Made by a program: the position numbers and the translations under genes
The notes under the pieces: model-generated
Databases searched by the model: none
The model's input: the letters and a program-made list of their open reading frames with translations, nothing else
Told to the model about the DNA's origin: nothing
Source: an uncultured Bacteriovoracaceae bacterium
Lineage (GTDB): Bacteria > Bdellovibrionota > UBA2394
NCBI GenBank assembly: GCA_964598565.1
Contig: CAZRCG010000001.1
Location: 276,905-340,904, forward strand
Direction: 5' to 3'
Length of the DNA: 64,000 nt
Part shown: piece by piece, positions 1-9,507 of the stretch
Layout: every line of letters starts with the position of its first letter
Numbering within the stretch: the stretch's first letter is position 1

Positions 1-435
1 GAGATCTGAATCAGAAGACGCAGGTCGTGAAAGCAGTCGACCAAGAGGCCGACGAGATCAAGGTTCTTATGAGAATGAGACTCGGCAACCTCGTGGACGA
101 TCGCCCCGCACGAAACAAGATAGGCACGATGGGCCGAGAACGAGCTCTCGAGACTCTGCGAATCCCAGAGACGGAGCCACCCGAGGGTCGCACAGAGACG
201 CCGTGCACGGAGACGCGGCCCGAGTGAACTCGGGACCTCGCGCATCGGGTAGCCGTAGCGCTGATTTCCCTGGGCGCACCCTTAAGCTTGAGGTTAAAAA
301 ACCTCTCCTAGGCACCGCCGCCAAAACAGCCCCCCAAGGGCACTTCAAGAAGAAGCTAGTTTCCGTACTGCGACGACTCTTTATTGGCGATTGAGGCTCT
401 GCGTCACAAGGTAAAGAGCGCGACAATAGAAGATC

Positions 436-1074
436 ATGCGCTTTCACTGTCTGGCCGGATTACTTCTATCGTTAAGCGGACTACTGCTCTACGGTCTCAT
501 ATTTGGCTTTCAAAAAGACCTCGATGAAGCCCGTGTGACGATTCAGAAAGAATCCGTTCAATCAACAAGTAATCTTCGTAAGATTCGCAAGGCTCCCGAG
601 CTTCACACGTATATTAACAAGGCGATTATTGATCGCTCTCAGAAGAGCCTTCCAAGCCCCATAGGGCCAGCCATAGATAATCACGAAGTGATTGATCCAT
701 CCCAAGTGGTTACTAATGACAACGAGGTCTATGATGAAGATGATAAAGACTACTGGTGTCGATCCGTTCCCCTCCTGTTTGAAACGAACCCCATACGATG
801 CCTCTATCCGAACGCTTGCTTTGGCTGCAATGGACCCATTATTGTACCTGAGATCGAAACAGCGATACCTATGTGCGCCAATGGCATGAAGAGCCAACTC
901 TATCATGTAGAGTGCTGTCCCAGTTACTACAATGGGTCGGTCGACTGTCCCCGAGCAGAAGACTGCTTTCACGCGAAGGCCGTTCCACCTGACCATTGTT
1001 CTTGCAACGATCGATCTGATTGCAAAATGGTTCAACTCGGTGAGAAAATCGAATGCGTCTGTGTTCAGCAGTAA
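436..1074 (+). CDS. secreted cysteine-rich hypothetical protein
   Basis: 212-aa ORF with an N-terminal hydrophobic signal-like segment (LAGLLLSLSGLLLYGLIFG). The C-terminal half is rich in Cys (CxxC, CC, CSC patterns). Its 3' end overlaps the start region of the downstream PMT-like gene. No family recognised. Confidence 0.5.
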   Translation: MRFHCLAGLLLSLSGLLLYGLIFGFQKDLDEARVTIQKESVQSTSNLRKIRKAPELHTYINKAIIDRSQKSLPSPIGPAIDNHEVIDPSQVVTNDNEVYDEDDKDYWCRSVPLLFETNPIRCLYPNACFGCNGPIIVPEIETAIPMCANGMKSQLYHVECCPSYYNGSVDCPRAEDCFHAKAVPPDHCSCNDRSDCKMVQLGEKIECVCVQQ

Positions 1075-2383
1075 CCGCAAACTCGTTTTGATTGTTCTCG
1101 GCGTTGCGCTGGTTTTTCGCTTTGTGCCTTGGAACTATCCGAACGAAGTGATCTACGATGAGGTTCACTTCGGAAAACATGCTTTAGCCTATTGCTGCAC
1201 TCATGAGAATTATTTCGATGTTCATCCGCCTCTGGGCAAACTAATTCTAAGCCTGCCTCTTGTCGCATCTAGCTACTCAGGCCAACAAGATTTTTCGGCG
1301 ATTGGAATCCCCTATCAAGACTTTCCCTCCTCGCTATTTCGATTCTTACCTAAGCTCTTAGGTGCGCTGGTGCCGACGCTACTCACCATTTTATTGCTCT
1401 TGTTGGGCGTCACGCCTCTGACGGCCTTGATTGCAGGCCTTGCCGTCGCCCTCGACAATGGCTTTATCATACAATCTCGCTTTGCACTTCTAGACATGAG
1501 CCTTCTATTCTTTCTTCTGGCTTCTTTAGTGTTTTTCGAATCGTCAAAAAAACTCACCGGCATTTATCGGTGGCTCTTCATCGTAGGCTCGGGCGTTCTG
1601 GCGGGCATGAGCCTCTCTGTTAAATTTTCTGGCGCTGTCGCCTTAGCAATGAGCCTCGTGGGCGCGGGCCTCTCGTTTTACAGTAGTCAAGACCGACGAC
1701 GTTTTAGTAGCCCCTTGCAACATCTGACCTCTGTCTCTTTGATGAAGGTCACTCTCTTAGCAAGCGCCCTAAGCATTTACTGTCTTTCGTGGTTCCTTCA
1801 CTTTCGCCTGTTGTTTCGGTCAGGTCGTGGTGATTATTTTTTCATTCCGAGCGGAAATTTTTGGAACGATCTTATGGCCATTCATCCTCTCATGTTTCTG
1901 GAGAACTCTAAGCTCGCCCCCCACAACGATGCCAGCGTCTGGTGGTCGTGGGCCTTTATGAATAAGCCGGTCTATTACTGGACCAAAGACGGAGCCGATC
2001 TCTATTTCGTGGGTAATCCAGTGGTTTGGTGGGGCGCCCTCATTCTTCTACTGTGGCTGATCGGCAAAGCCGTAAGACAACCTCTTTCGGCTCTGTCGTT
2101 TAAAAATTTTCCTTGGTATGGATGCCTCGGCCTCATGGGCTCGCTTCTACCTTTCGCCTTCGTGAGCCGCCCCTTCTTTTCGTATAACTGGCTCATGCCG
2201 CTTCTGTTTTTGCTCATCTGGCTGGCTCAGTGGATGGAACGTGGGCGCCCGGCAAAACCAATCAAGCACGTTGGCCTCGTGGTACTAACTTTAGTAGCAG
2301 GCACTCTGAGTGTTCTACCCGTTACTTATGGATTTGAAGCCCCAGACCTCTGGCAAAAATGGATCGTTCGACTCTTTAGTTAG
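1043..2383 (+). CDS. GT39 / PMT-family (dolichyl-phosphate-mannose-protein mannosyltransferase-like) polytopic membrane glycosyltransferase
   Basis: The first extracytoplasmic loop carries the hallmark DE motif of PMT/GT39 enzymes (YDEVHFGKHALAY...HPPLGK), followed by many TM helices. The ORF track opens at 932, but that would overlap the upstream gene by about 140 nt. In-frame GTG at 1043 or 1064 is a more plausible start, so the start is uncertain. Confidence 0.7.
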   Translation, partial: RKSNASVFSSNRKLVLIVLGVALVFRFVPWNYPNEVIYDEVHFGKHALAYCCTHENYFDVHPPLGKLILSLPLVASSYSGQQDFSAIGIPYQDFPSSLFRFLPKLLGALVPTLLTILLLLLGVTPLTALIAGLAVALDNGFIIQSRFALLDMSLLFFLLASLVFFESSKKLTGIYRWLFIVGSGVLAGMSLSVKFSGAVALAMSLVGAGLSFYSSQDRRRFSSPLQHLTSVSLMKVTLLASALSIYCLSWFLHFRLLFRSGRGDYFFIPSGNFWNDLMAIHPLMFLENSKLAPHNDASVWWSWAFMNKPVYYWTKDGADLYFVGNPVVWWGALILLLWLIGKAVRQPLSALSFKNFPWYGCLGLMGSLLPFAFVSRPFFSYNWLMPLLFLLIWLAQWMERGRPAKPIKHVGLVVLTLVAGTLSVLPVTYGFEAPDLWQKWIVRLFS

Positions 2384-2384
2384 A

Positions 2385-2650
2385 CTAGGCTCTGTCCGGC
2401 GAATATCTGAAATAATTCATTTATAAATTGGTGACCGATTCAAGGGTGAGTTTATTTTCTCAGAAGACCGCCCGTGAGCGTCAGCATTTCAGAACAAAAT
2501 TCGTAACCGGCTCCTTCGCGGCAAAACAATGAGCCGCTCGATCCACTAAAGGCGTGCCGCTCAGAGCTTCTGAGAAAATAAACTCACCCTTGAATCTCTC
2601 GTCGGTAGTCAAAAATGAAATATTTCAGATATTCGCCGGACAGAGCCTAG
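2385..2650. repeat. 266-bp composite palindromic repeat element (MITE-like / structured intergenic element), copy A
   Basis: 30-bp terminal inverted repeats: ctaggctctgtccggcgaatatctgaaata (2385-2414) and its reverse complement (2621-2650). Inner 28-bp inverted repeats: ttcaagggtgagtttattttctcagaag (2439-2466) and its reverse complement (2557-2584). A 90-bp core lies at 2467-2556. The element fills the convergent intergenic region between the PMT-like gene and hemF. A near-identical partial copy lies at 59551-59727 in the opposite orientation. Confidence 0.85.
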
Positions 2651-2708
2651 CTTTTCTCGCACTAGACTGTACCATTGTAACAGCAATGGAGAAGGCCGTA
2701 GTGGAGGA

Positions 2709-3614
2709 TTAAACCCAGCTACGAGGAGCCCTCAAGACGGCCATCAGCTGCCGCTCCTCCTCAGTCGTTTCGAAATCACCCTGAAAATCGAAGTGAACCT
2801 CAGACGGCAAGCTCATTAAAATACTCTCGATATTGCCCTTCGTCTGAAGACCAAAGAGAGTGCCTCGATCATAAAGCAAATTAAACTCTACATAGCGGCC
2901 ACGACGCAGCAGCTGAAATTTTTTGTGGCGCTCGGTATAGGCCTCATTCTTTCGTCTTTCAACGATGGGAGTGTAGGCCTCGAGAAACGAATGGCCACAC
3001 GCCTGCACAAATTGAAGGCGCTCTTCTAAGCCATCAGACAAATAATCAAAGAAAAGCCCACCGATACCGCGAGTTTCTCCTCGATGAGGCAGAAAAAAAT
3101 AAGTATCGCATTCCGCCTTATATTGAGAATAGAGCTGCGGCCCATGAGCATCACACGCCTTCTTCAAAACTCCGTGAAAATGTTTAAAATCATCCTCGCA
3201 GTAGGTGTAGGGGGTCAAATCGCATCCACCACCAAACCAAGCCCGATCAGGTTGCTCGAAATAGCGAAAATTTGCATGCACCGTAGGCACTCGCGGCGAA
3301 CGCGGATGAATCACGAGCGATAGGCCACAAGCAAAAAACTCACGCGAGGTCGCTTTCAGTTTTTCTTGAAGGAGCGGCGGCAAAAGCCCTTCGACCACCG
3401 ATACGTTAACCCCACCTTTTTCAAAGGTTGTACCCCCCTGAATGATACAACTCTCTCCCCCACCACCGCGGCGCCCCTCTTCACCGGGCCGCTCCCAGGT
3501 TACACGCTTAAAACGCGCGGCAGGCTCATGCGCTTCGAGCCCTTGAACAATCTCAGTCTGAAGCGCCCACAGCCAATCGACGACTTGCTGCTTCATCCCT
3601 TCAATCCGCAGCAC
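2709..3614 (-). CDS. hemF: oxygen-dependent coproporphyrinogen III oxidase
   Basis: 301 aa with the full-length HemF signature (…HANFRYFE…[12 protein letters not shown]-like…[20 protein letters not shown]…). Size and motifs match aerobic CPO. Confidence 0.9.
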   Translation of the reverse strand: MLRIEGMKQQVVDWLWALQTEIVQGLEAHEPAARFKRVTWERPGEEGRRGGGGESCIIQGGTTFEKGGVNVSVVEGLLPPLLQEKLKATSREFFACGLSLVIHPRSPRVPTVHANFRYFEQPDRAWFGGGCDLTPYTYCEDDFKHFHGVLKKACDAHGPQLYSQYKAECDTYFFLPHRGETRGIGGLFFDYLSDGLEERLQFVQACGHSFLEAYTPIVERRKNEAYTERHKKFQLLRRGRYVEFNLLYDRGTLFGLQTKGNIESILMSLPSEVHFDFQGDFETTEEERQLMAVLRAPRSWV

Positions 3615-4018
3615 TTCTTAAATTTCTTCCCACTGCCGCAAAGACAGGGATCGTTTCGACCCGGTTGTTGGCCTTTTATGATGGTTTCTGGTTTCAAGAA
3701 TTCAGAGTCAAAATAATACCAACGATTCTCAGAGCGCCGAAACTCAGCCTTCTCTCTCTGGGTCATTATTTTGAAGTCTTGCTCAAACCGAACCGCAAAA
3801 TGAATATAAGCTTTATCGCCGTCTGTCTCTTCTTTGTCGAACTGGATACCATCCCATTTCGACTGAAGCGACCAAACCTCAAGAGCTTTTCGGTCCACAC
3901 GCTCACGAGTCTCAGGATGATGACTCTCTAAAAGGAAGTCGATATTTCCACCTACCATGGCCTTATAACGGGCTTCTAAAAGGCTTCGGGGGCTCTCGGG
4001 CCAGGGTTCCATAGTCAT
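3593..4018 (-). CDS. YchJ-family (UPF0225) SEC-C metal-binding motif protein
   Basis: 141 aa with the C-terminal SEC-C motif [17 protein letters not shown]. The 3' end overlaps the hemF start by 22 nt on the same strand. Confidence 0.75.
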   Translation of the reverse strand: MTMEPWPESPRSLLEARYKAMVGGNIDFLLESHHPETRERVDRKALEVWSLQSKWDGIQFDKEETDGDKAYIHFAVRFEQDFKIMTQREKAEFRRSENRWYYFDSEFLKPETIIKGQQPGRNDPCLCGSGKKFKKCCGLKG

Positions 4019-4141
4019 AATTCGCGTATTAAAGCCCCTTCAACAAAAAAGCTCAATAATTTTAAGGGCTAATGCTTTTAGATTTTACTCGACACTGGGC
4101 GTCTAAGTTAAGAAACTATAACTAGGGGACAAAAAGGCAGG

Positions 4142-4633
4142 ATGGTTTTACTAGCGTTTTTAATGATCACTGCGTTTCAACGAGAGGTGCCAAAACCCTT
4201 CATTTCGGATATCGTTGTCAACCGACTCAACTATGAGCAAGAAACCGTGCTCGCTGAAGTGACGGTGCGGGTCGCTCATAGCTGCCAAAAACTTCAAAAG
4301 GTGGGCCGCCGCTACGATCAAGACCGCGGAGTCGTGTTGCTCTACCCCCGCATGGCTCCACTTTCTGAAAATTGCAGCGCAACATCTGCCAGTGCCCCGA
4401 CGTCTGCCAACGACGCTACGTCTGGTACTACCACTCGCCCTACCGGCAAAGCTGAAGGCGCCCATGCCGCCTTTGAAACGCAGTTTGTCACTGAGTGGAT
4501 CCCTCTGGGTCGATTTTCTGAGGGCCGCTATGAAATTCGCGATTTAAAGAGTCTTCGCGTTCTTGAGGCTTTTGAAATAGCTAAAGGACCATCTCTTGGC
4601 CAAGAGCTTGTCACCCTTTTGAAACACCGTTAG
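4142..4633 (+). CDS. hypothetical protein
   Basis: 163-aa ORF with a hydrophobic N-terminus and a Ser/Thr/Ala-rich low-complexity middle. No recognisable family. Confidence 0.45.
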   Translation: MVLLAFLMITAFQREVPKPFISDIVVNRLNYEQETVLAEVTVRVAHSCQKLQKVGRRYDQDRGVVLLYPRMAPLSENCSATSASAPTSANDATSGTTTRPTGKAEGAHAAFETQFVTEWIPLGRFSEGRYEIRDLKSLRVLEAFEIAKGPSLGQELVTLLKHR

Positions 4634-4643
4634 CCTTTCGTGC

Positions 4644-5099
4644 ATGGCTTTTTGGCTTATGAAATCCGAAGTTTCTGACTATTCCATCGACGATCTCGCC
4701 CGCGATAAAACAGCCTCCTGGACGGGTGTCCGTAACTATCAGGCGCGCAATTTTATGCGCGATGACATGAAACCTGGGGACCTTGCCCTGTTTTACCATA
4801 GCAATGCCGAGCCCTCAGGCGTGGCTGGCCTTATGGAAATCATAGGCGATGCAAAACCCGACGAGACTCAGTTCGAAAAAAAATCGATCTACTATGACCC
4901 GGCCGCCAGCCGTGAGAAACCTCGCTGGTTCCTGCGCAGCGTTCGGTTTAAGTCAAAATTTAAAAATTTCGTCGATCTTGCGAAACTACGAGAAAGCGCC
5001 GAGTGCCAGAAAATGGTGATTCTCCAAAAAGGCAGTCGCCTCTCTATTACACCTCTCACGGAGAAAGAATTTCAGGCCGTCGTTGCGATGGGGGGCTGA
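4644..5099 (+). CDS. EVE domain (PUA-like, DUF55) protein
   Basis: 151 aa. The N-terminus MAFWLMKSEVSDYSIDDL…WTGVRNYQARNFMRDDMKPGDLALFYHSN is the typical EVE-domain opening (WL.K.EP…Y…W.GVRN.QARN.). It is stand-alone, with no fused enzymatic domain. Confidence 0.8.
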   Translation: MAFWLMKSEVSDYSIDDLARDKTASWTGVRNYQARNFMRDDMKPGDLALFYHSNAEPSGVAGLMEIIGDAKPDETQFEKKSIYYDPAASREKPRWFLRSVRFKSKFKNFVDLAKLRESAECQKMVILQKGSRLSITPLTEKEFQAVVAMGG

Positions 5100-5200
5100 T
5101 GACGGACGTTCGTTCCGCTGCAATTGCGAGTTTAGTTGAAATTGAGGGCCCTACGCCGCACCCAGGACGAAATCATTTAAATCTTTGATCTAACAGGGAA

Positions 5201-5515
5201 TTGGGGAGTCGTTATCGCGGCTCAAAGAGCAAGTCGTTCTATGAGAGTTTTATTCGATTTGTGAATTTGGCGGCGGAGAGCTCTCAGGGCGAGATTATGG
5301 CAATTGATGGCAAGACTTTGCGCCGATCTTTTGATCAAGCTAAGTGGTCCGATCAAAAAGTATCAAAAAATCTCTTCTACTACTCTGAACGTCTGAAACC
5401 GGCTGCAAGTATTCAGATTGTCGCGAACCTTAAAAAACCCCTGAGAAAGGGAAACCTGTTTATTCTTGACCCCCAAGATTTCTTTCGCAATCTAGAGGTG
5501 AAAATGAGGATCTGA
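5201..5515 (+). pseudogene. ISAs1-family (H-repeat-associated) transposase remnant, N-terminal fragment only
   Basis: The translated ORF contains FYESFIRFVNLAAESSQGEIMAIDGKTLRRSFDQAK. This matches the conserved ISAs1/H-repeat N-terminal region (…F.ECFI.W…VIAIDGKTLRGS(Y/F)D…) of E. coli YhhI-like transposases. No DDE catalytic domain follows: the ORF stops at 5515 and a convergent gene begins at 5535. A weaker out-of-frame match at 5100-5190 suggests additional frameshifted N-terminal remains. Confidence 0.6.
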
Positions 5516-5534
5516 GATCCGCCCCCAGTCGTGT

Positions 5535-5864
5535 TTACCAACTAAATCCGAATTGCATGTTTCCTGCAGGGAAGATCCCGTCGAACGATTCGGTATCTTC
5601 AAGATCGTCACCCACCTGGCCCCAGAAATAGCCCATTCCAAAGCCCAAATTGATGGTGAATCCAGAATCCCAGGTCCAACCCCAACCGGCCACCAATTGA
5701 GGGCCTCCGACTGTTCCTGTCACATTCGAATTTCCAAAGGTTCGCTCTTGGGACAAATACAAAATTCGTACGCCGGGCTCCAAATAAAATCCATCATAGA
5801 CCTTTTTGAAGAAGATCGATGTCGAAAGTGTGGCTCCACCTCCTATCACTTTGGGATCGGCCAA
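5535..5864 (-). CDS. hypothetical Gly/aromatic-rich protein with a beta-barrel-like C-terminus (ends FGFSW), possibly truncated
   Basis: 109-aa ORF with a GGAG upstream of the ATG. There is no signal peptide at the predicted start. The alternating aromatic/Gly pattern and terminal Trp resemble an outer-membrane beta-barrel C-terminal segment. It may be the 3' remnant of a gene disrupted by the adjacent IS remnant. Confidence 0.35.
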   Translation of the reverse strand: MADPKVIGGGATLSTSIFFKKVYDGFYLEPGVRILYLSQERTFGNSNVTGTVGGPQLVAGWGWTWDSGFTINLGFGMGYFWGQVGDDLEDTESFDGIFPAGNMQFGFSW

Positions 5865-5948
5865 GAAAAAATAGATTTCATACCGATTTTTCTCCTGCTT
5901 TCATTCTCTCTATTTCTATTTCCTAAACTGCGATTCAAGAATTCTGCG

Positions 5949-8072
5949 TTACTTAGCAGCTTTAGCGCGTTCTTCTTGGTATTTCTTCACGAGTTCATCC
6001 TGTCGTTGTTTCGGTACGGGGGCGTAGCGAGAAAATTCCATTGAAAACGTTGCCTTGCCCTGAGTTGAAGAACGCAGGTCGTTGGAGTAACCAAACATCT
6101 CACTCAGCGGAACTTCTGCCGTAATCGTGCAGATATTCGCTTCGGCTGTGGTACCTAAGATCATACCGCGACGTTGGTTTAAGCCTCCCAAAATGGCTCC
6201 CTGAAATTCATCAGGGCTTTCAGCTTCGACCTTCATAATAGGTTCAAGAATAATAGGCGCTGCCTTCATATAAAACTCGCGAATGGCCGTCATAGCGCAA
6301 ATGCGAAACGCCATTTCGGAAGAGTCCACATCATGATACGCACCGTCTTGGAGTCGCACTCTGAAGTTGACGACAGGAAAGCCGATAAGAAGACCTTTCT
6401 TAATCTGTTCCTTAAAGCCTTTATCGCAAGCCGGAATAAATTCACGAGGAATACGACCTCCGACAATTTCATCCACAAACTCGTAATCTGCCGTCGAATC
6501 GGTAATAGGCTCGAAAACTCCAACCACCTTCGCAAACTGCCCCTGACCACCCGTTTGTTTTTTATGCGTATAGTCGTAGGGCGTCGCCTTGGTAATAGTT
6601 TCTCGGTAACGGACTTGAGGCGCTCCTACAATACACTCCACACCATATTCTCGTTTGAGACGTTCGGTGTAAATTTCAAGGTGCAATTCTCCCATACCCG
6701 ACATGATCGTCTCAGCACTTTCCTCATCTTGATGAACATGAAACGTGGGATCTTCTTTCGTAAAACGGTTGAGGGCCTTCGAAAAATTGTTCGCCATTTG
6801 TTTGTCTTTGGGTCTGATTGCCAAGCTCACCACTGGGTCAGGCACAAACATAGATGTCATCGAAACACGAATATCTTCATGACAGAAGGTATCGCCCGAA
6901 TGGCAATCGATGCCGAACATCGCAATAATATCCCCGCCACCGGCCTGATCGATATCAATCATATCATCCGCATGCATACGCACGATGCGACCGACTTTAA
7001 CTCGCTTGCCATCTTTGGCATTCACAACGAAGTCGCCTTTTTTCAGAGTTCCCTGATAAATTCGCAAATAGGTCAACTGCCCATAACGTCCGTCCTCAAG
7101 TTTAAAGGCTAAACCTACAAAGGGTTTATCTGGCTCGGCCACCAAGGCCACTTCTTGCTCATTTTTCTCCAAATCAAAGGCTCGATTATTTCGCTCTCTT
7201 GGATTCGGTAAATAGGCCGTCACTCCATCTAAAAGTTTTTGAACGCCTTTATTTTTGTAAGCTGATCCCGAAAATACTGCGACCATTTTGAGCGCCAAGG
7301 TTTGGCGTCGGATCGCAGCACGAATTAAATCATTCGAAATTTCTTTGCCTTCTAAATAGAGTGTGGCGACTTCGTCATCAATGTCTGCGAGACTTTCGAT
7401 CATCTTAATTCGATACTCATCAGCTTTGGCTTGAACCTCGGCAGGAATTTTTTCTACGCGCATGTTCTCGCCGTTGTCGCCATCAAAAAATGTGGCATCC
7501 ATATTTATAAGGTCGACGACGCCCTGAAATTGGTCTTCGGCTCCAATCGGAATTTGAACCAAAATTGGATTAAGGCCTAACTTTTCACGAAGTTGCTGAG
7601 CCACACGAAATGGTGAAGACCCCTGACGATCGAGTTTATTCACAAAAGCTAATCGAGGCACCCCGTAGCGCTTCATTTGACGATCGACTGTGATTGACTG
7701 AGATTGCACCCCAGCCACCCCACACAGCACCATAATGGCGCCATCAAGAACTCGAAGCGCTCGTTCCACTTCGACTGTAAAATCCACGTGGCCGGGCGTA
7801 TCAATAATATTGATATTGGTTTCACCCCAGCGACAGAAGGTCGCGGCCGACTGAATGGTAATACCTTTTTCGCGCTCCAAATCCATATAGTCCATGGTCG
7901 CGCCCACGCCGGACTTGCCTTTCACTTCTTCAATCTTGTGAATCTTGCCGGTATAAAAAAGAATTCGTTCGGTCAAGGTTGTCTTGCCCGAGTCAATATG
8001 CGCTGAGATACCGATATTTCTGGTGTTTTCGATGCGATCGAAACTAGGGAGTTCTGCTTTTGCAAGTGCCAT
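5949..8072 (-). CDS. fusA: elongation factor G
   Basis: 707 aa. It carries the G-domain motifs [22 protein letters not shown] and NKLD, and the domain IV/V architecture of EF-G. Confidence 0.92.
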   Translation of the reverse strand: MALAKAELPSFDRIENTRNIGISAHIDSGKTTLTERILFYTGKIHKIEEVKGKSGVGATMDYMDLEREKGITIQSAATFCRWGETNINIIDTPGHVDFTVEVERALRVLDGAIMVLCGVAGVQSQSITVDRQMKRYGVPRLAFVNKLDRQGSSPFRVAQQLREKLGLNPILVQIPIGAEDQFQGVVDLINMDATFFDGDNGENMRVEKIPAEVQAKADEYRIKMIESLADIDDEVATLYLEGKEISNDLIRAAIRRQTLALKMVAVFSGSAYKNKGVQKLLDGVTAYLPNPRERNNRAFDLEKNEQEVALVAEPDKPFVGLAFKLEDGRYGQLTYLRIYQGTLKKGDFVVNAKDGKRVKVGRIVRMHADDMIDIDQAGGGDIIAMFGIDCHSGDTFCHEDIRVSMTSMFVPDPVVSLAIRPKDKQMANNFSKALNRFTKEDPTFHVHQDEESAETIMSGMGELHLEIYTERLKREYGVECIVGAPQVRYRETITKATPYDYTHKKQTGGQGQFAKVVGVFEPITDSTADYEFVDEIVGGRIPREFIPACDKGFKEQIKKGLLIGFPVVNFRVRLQDGAYHDVDSSEMAFRICAMTAIREFYMKAAPIILEPIMKVEAESPDEFQGAILGGLNQRRGMILGTTAEANICTITAEVPLSEMFGYSNDLRSSTQGKATFSMEFSRYAPVPKQRQDELVKKYQEERAKAAK

Positions 8073-8267
8073 AGCCTCCTGTTTTAGACTGTGAGCGCCG
8101 CTTTTCCAAGAATTCTTGTGGTGAAAATAGGGCTGTCACCAAACTCTGCTCTATGGGGCAGTTGAGAAACAGCCAGCTGTCGCCCAAATGGCTTTCGGGG
8201 CGGCATCACTCCCGCTTGACACCCCCGCCTGAGCCGCCTCGCGACAAAACTTTATGATTTATCCGGG

Positions 8268-9383
8268 TTAAGAACCTAGCTCAACTCGTTTCAAAGCCTG
8301 GTCGACGAAGGAGTCTGTGGGGTTTAAACGACGAGCTTGCTCCAAGTGGTAGCGACATTTGTCCCATCGTTTTAGCTCAAACAGAATGGTGGCCGCATTA
8401 ATATGGAAATGAGGGTGCTCAATCGGAAACGACTCGCAGATTTCAAAGAGGCGCAGCGCTTCCGGTATCTTGCCCTGGTAGACGAGTGCCGTTGAAAGAT
8501 GCGCCACCACGTCTTCAAAATGGTAGGTGGTTTCGAGAAGGTCTCGAAAGACGCTCTCGGCCTCTGCCATTCTCTCGATCTGAAGAAGGGCGCGGCCCAG
8601 ATGAAGCTTGGCCTCATGCCAATCGGGCCTAAGCTCAACGGCTTTGCGCAATGCTCGTTCAGCTTCGTCCCAGCGATTGAGATTGGCCAGGCAAATTCCG
8701 TATTCAAACCAAGGGTTTTGATGTCCCGGCGTCTCTTCCACTTTTCTGCGTGCCAAATGAACGTAGTAATCGCGCTTGGCCTCGAGAGCGGCTTGGGGCT
8801 TCAGAAGTCCCAGATGATGGACGATAAGATCAGTCTCAAAGTAGCGAAGCTTGAGTTCATCACACGAGGGAATAATAGTTTCATGTAAGCGTCCACGCCA
8901 CTCAATGCCGACTCCCTTGCGGTAGAGCTTGTACATGAGATTGTCGATATAGCCAGACGCTTGCAAATCAGGAAACTGGCATTGAAGCGACTCCGGCAAT
9001 GTTGCCGACTTCCATCCTGATGCAAACGACTCACGTGAGTAGTTTCGTTGAATGATTCCAAGAGCCGATATTTGGGGATTGCTCGCATAAGACTGTAGCG
9101 GCTCCCATAGATCGTCTGAGACAATTTCATCTCCATCCAAAAAAAACAACCAATCCCCCGAGGCATGAGCCGCAGCAAAGTTTCGAGCCGCAGAAAAATC
9201 GTCGATCCATTTAAAATCAAGGAGCCTCACGCCCATCGAGCGAGCGATATCTCGAGTTCGATCACTAGACCCCGTGTCGACTACAAGGATTTCATTTCCA
9301 CTACCCACGACAGAACGAAGGCTCGCTTCGAGAAAAAGTTCCTCATTCTTCACGATATAAACCACCGATAGAGAATGACCCAT
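8268..9383 (-). CDS. family 2 glycosyltransferase with C-terminal TPR repeats
   Basis: The GT2 core is LSVVYIVKNEE…VVDTGSSDRT…DGDE, followed by TPR-like repeats. The ORF track extends to 9524, but that would overlap the divergent mnmC-like start. The internal ATG at 9381-9383 (MGHSLSVVYIV…) gives a typical GT2 N-terminus, so the start is uncertain. Confidence 0.75.
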   Translation of the reverse strand: MGHSLSVVYIVKNEELFLEASLRSVVGSGNEILVVDTGSSDRTRDIARSMGVRLLDFKWIDDFSAARNFAAAHASGDWLFFLDGDEIVSDDLWEPLQSYASNPQISALGIIQRNYSRESFASGWKSATLPESLQCQFPDLQASGYIDNLMYKLYRKGVGIEWRGRLHETIIPSCDELKLRYFETDLIVHHLGLLKPQAALEAKRDYYVHLARRKVEETPGHQNPWFEYGICLANLNRWDEAERALRKAVELRPDWHEAKLHLGRALLQIERMAEAESVFRDLLETTYHFEDVVAHLSTALVYQGKIPEALRLFEICESFPIEHPHFHINAATILFELKRWDKCRYHLEQARRLNPTDSFVDQALKRVELGS

Positions 9384-9507
9384 ACGTCTATTGTGGCCCG
9401 AGACAGGCTTAGGGGGCACGGCGGAAGAATGATCGGCCAACTGTCTCCAAGAGGCACTTTTTTGCAAATGATGCAGGTCGACGCCCCCTGTCGATTCTAT
9501 TAGGGTC

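Noticed and set aside
6290-7112. Long ORFs on the strand opposite fusA (6333-7112 +, 259 aa; 6290-6550 -)
   Set aside because: They are entirely embedded antisense to or within the strongly supported EF-G gene. They are typical shadow ORFs with no independent support.
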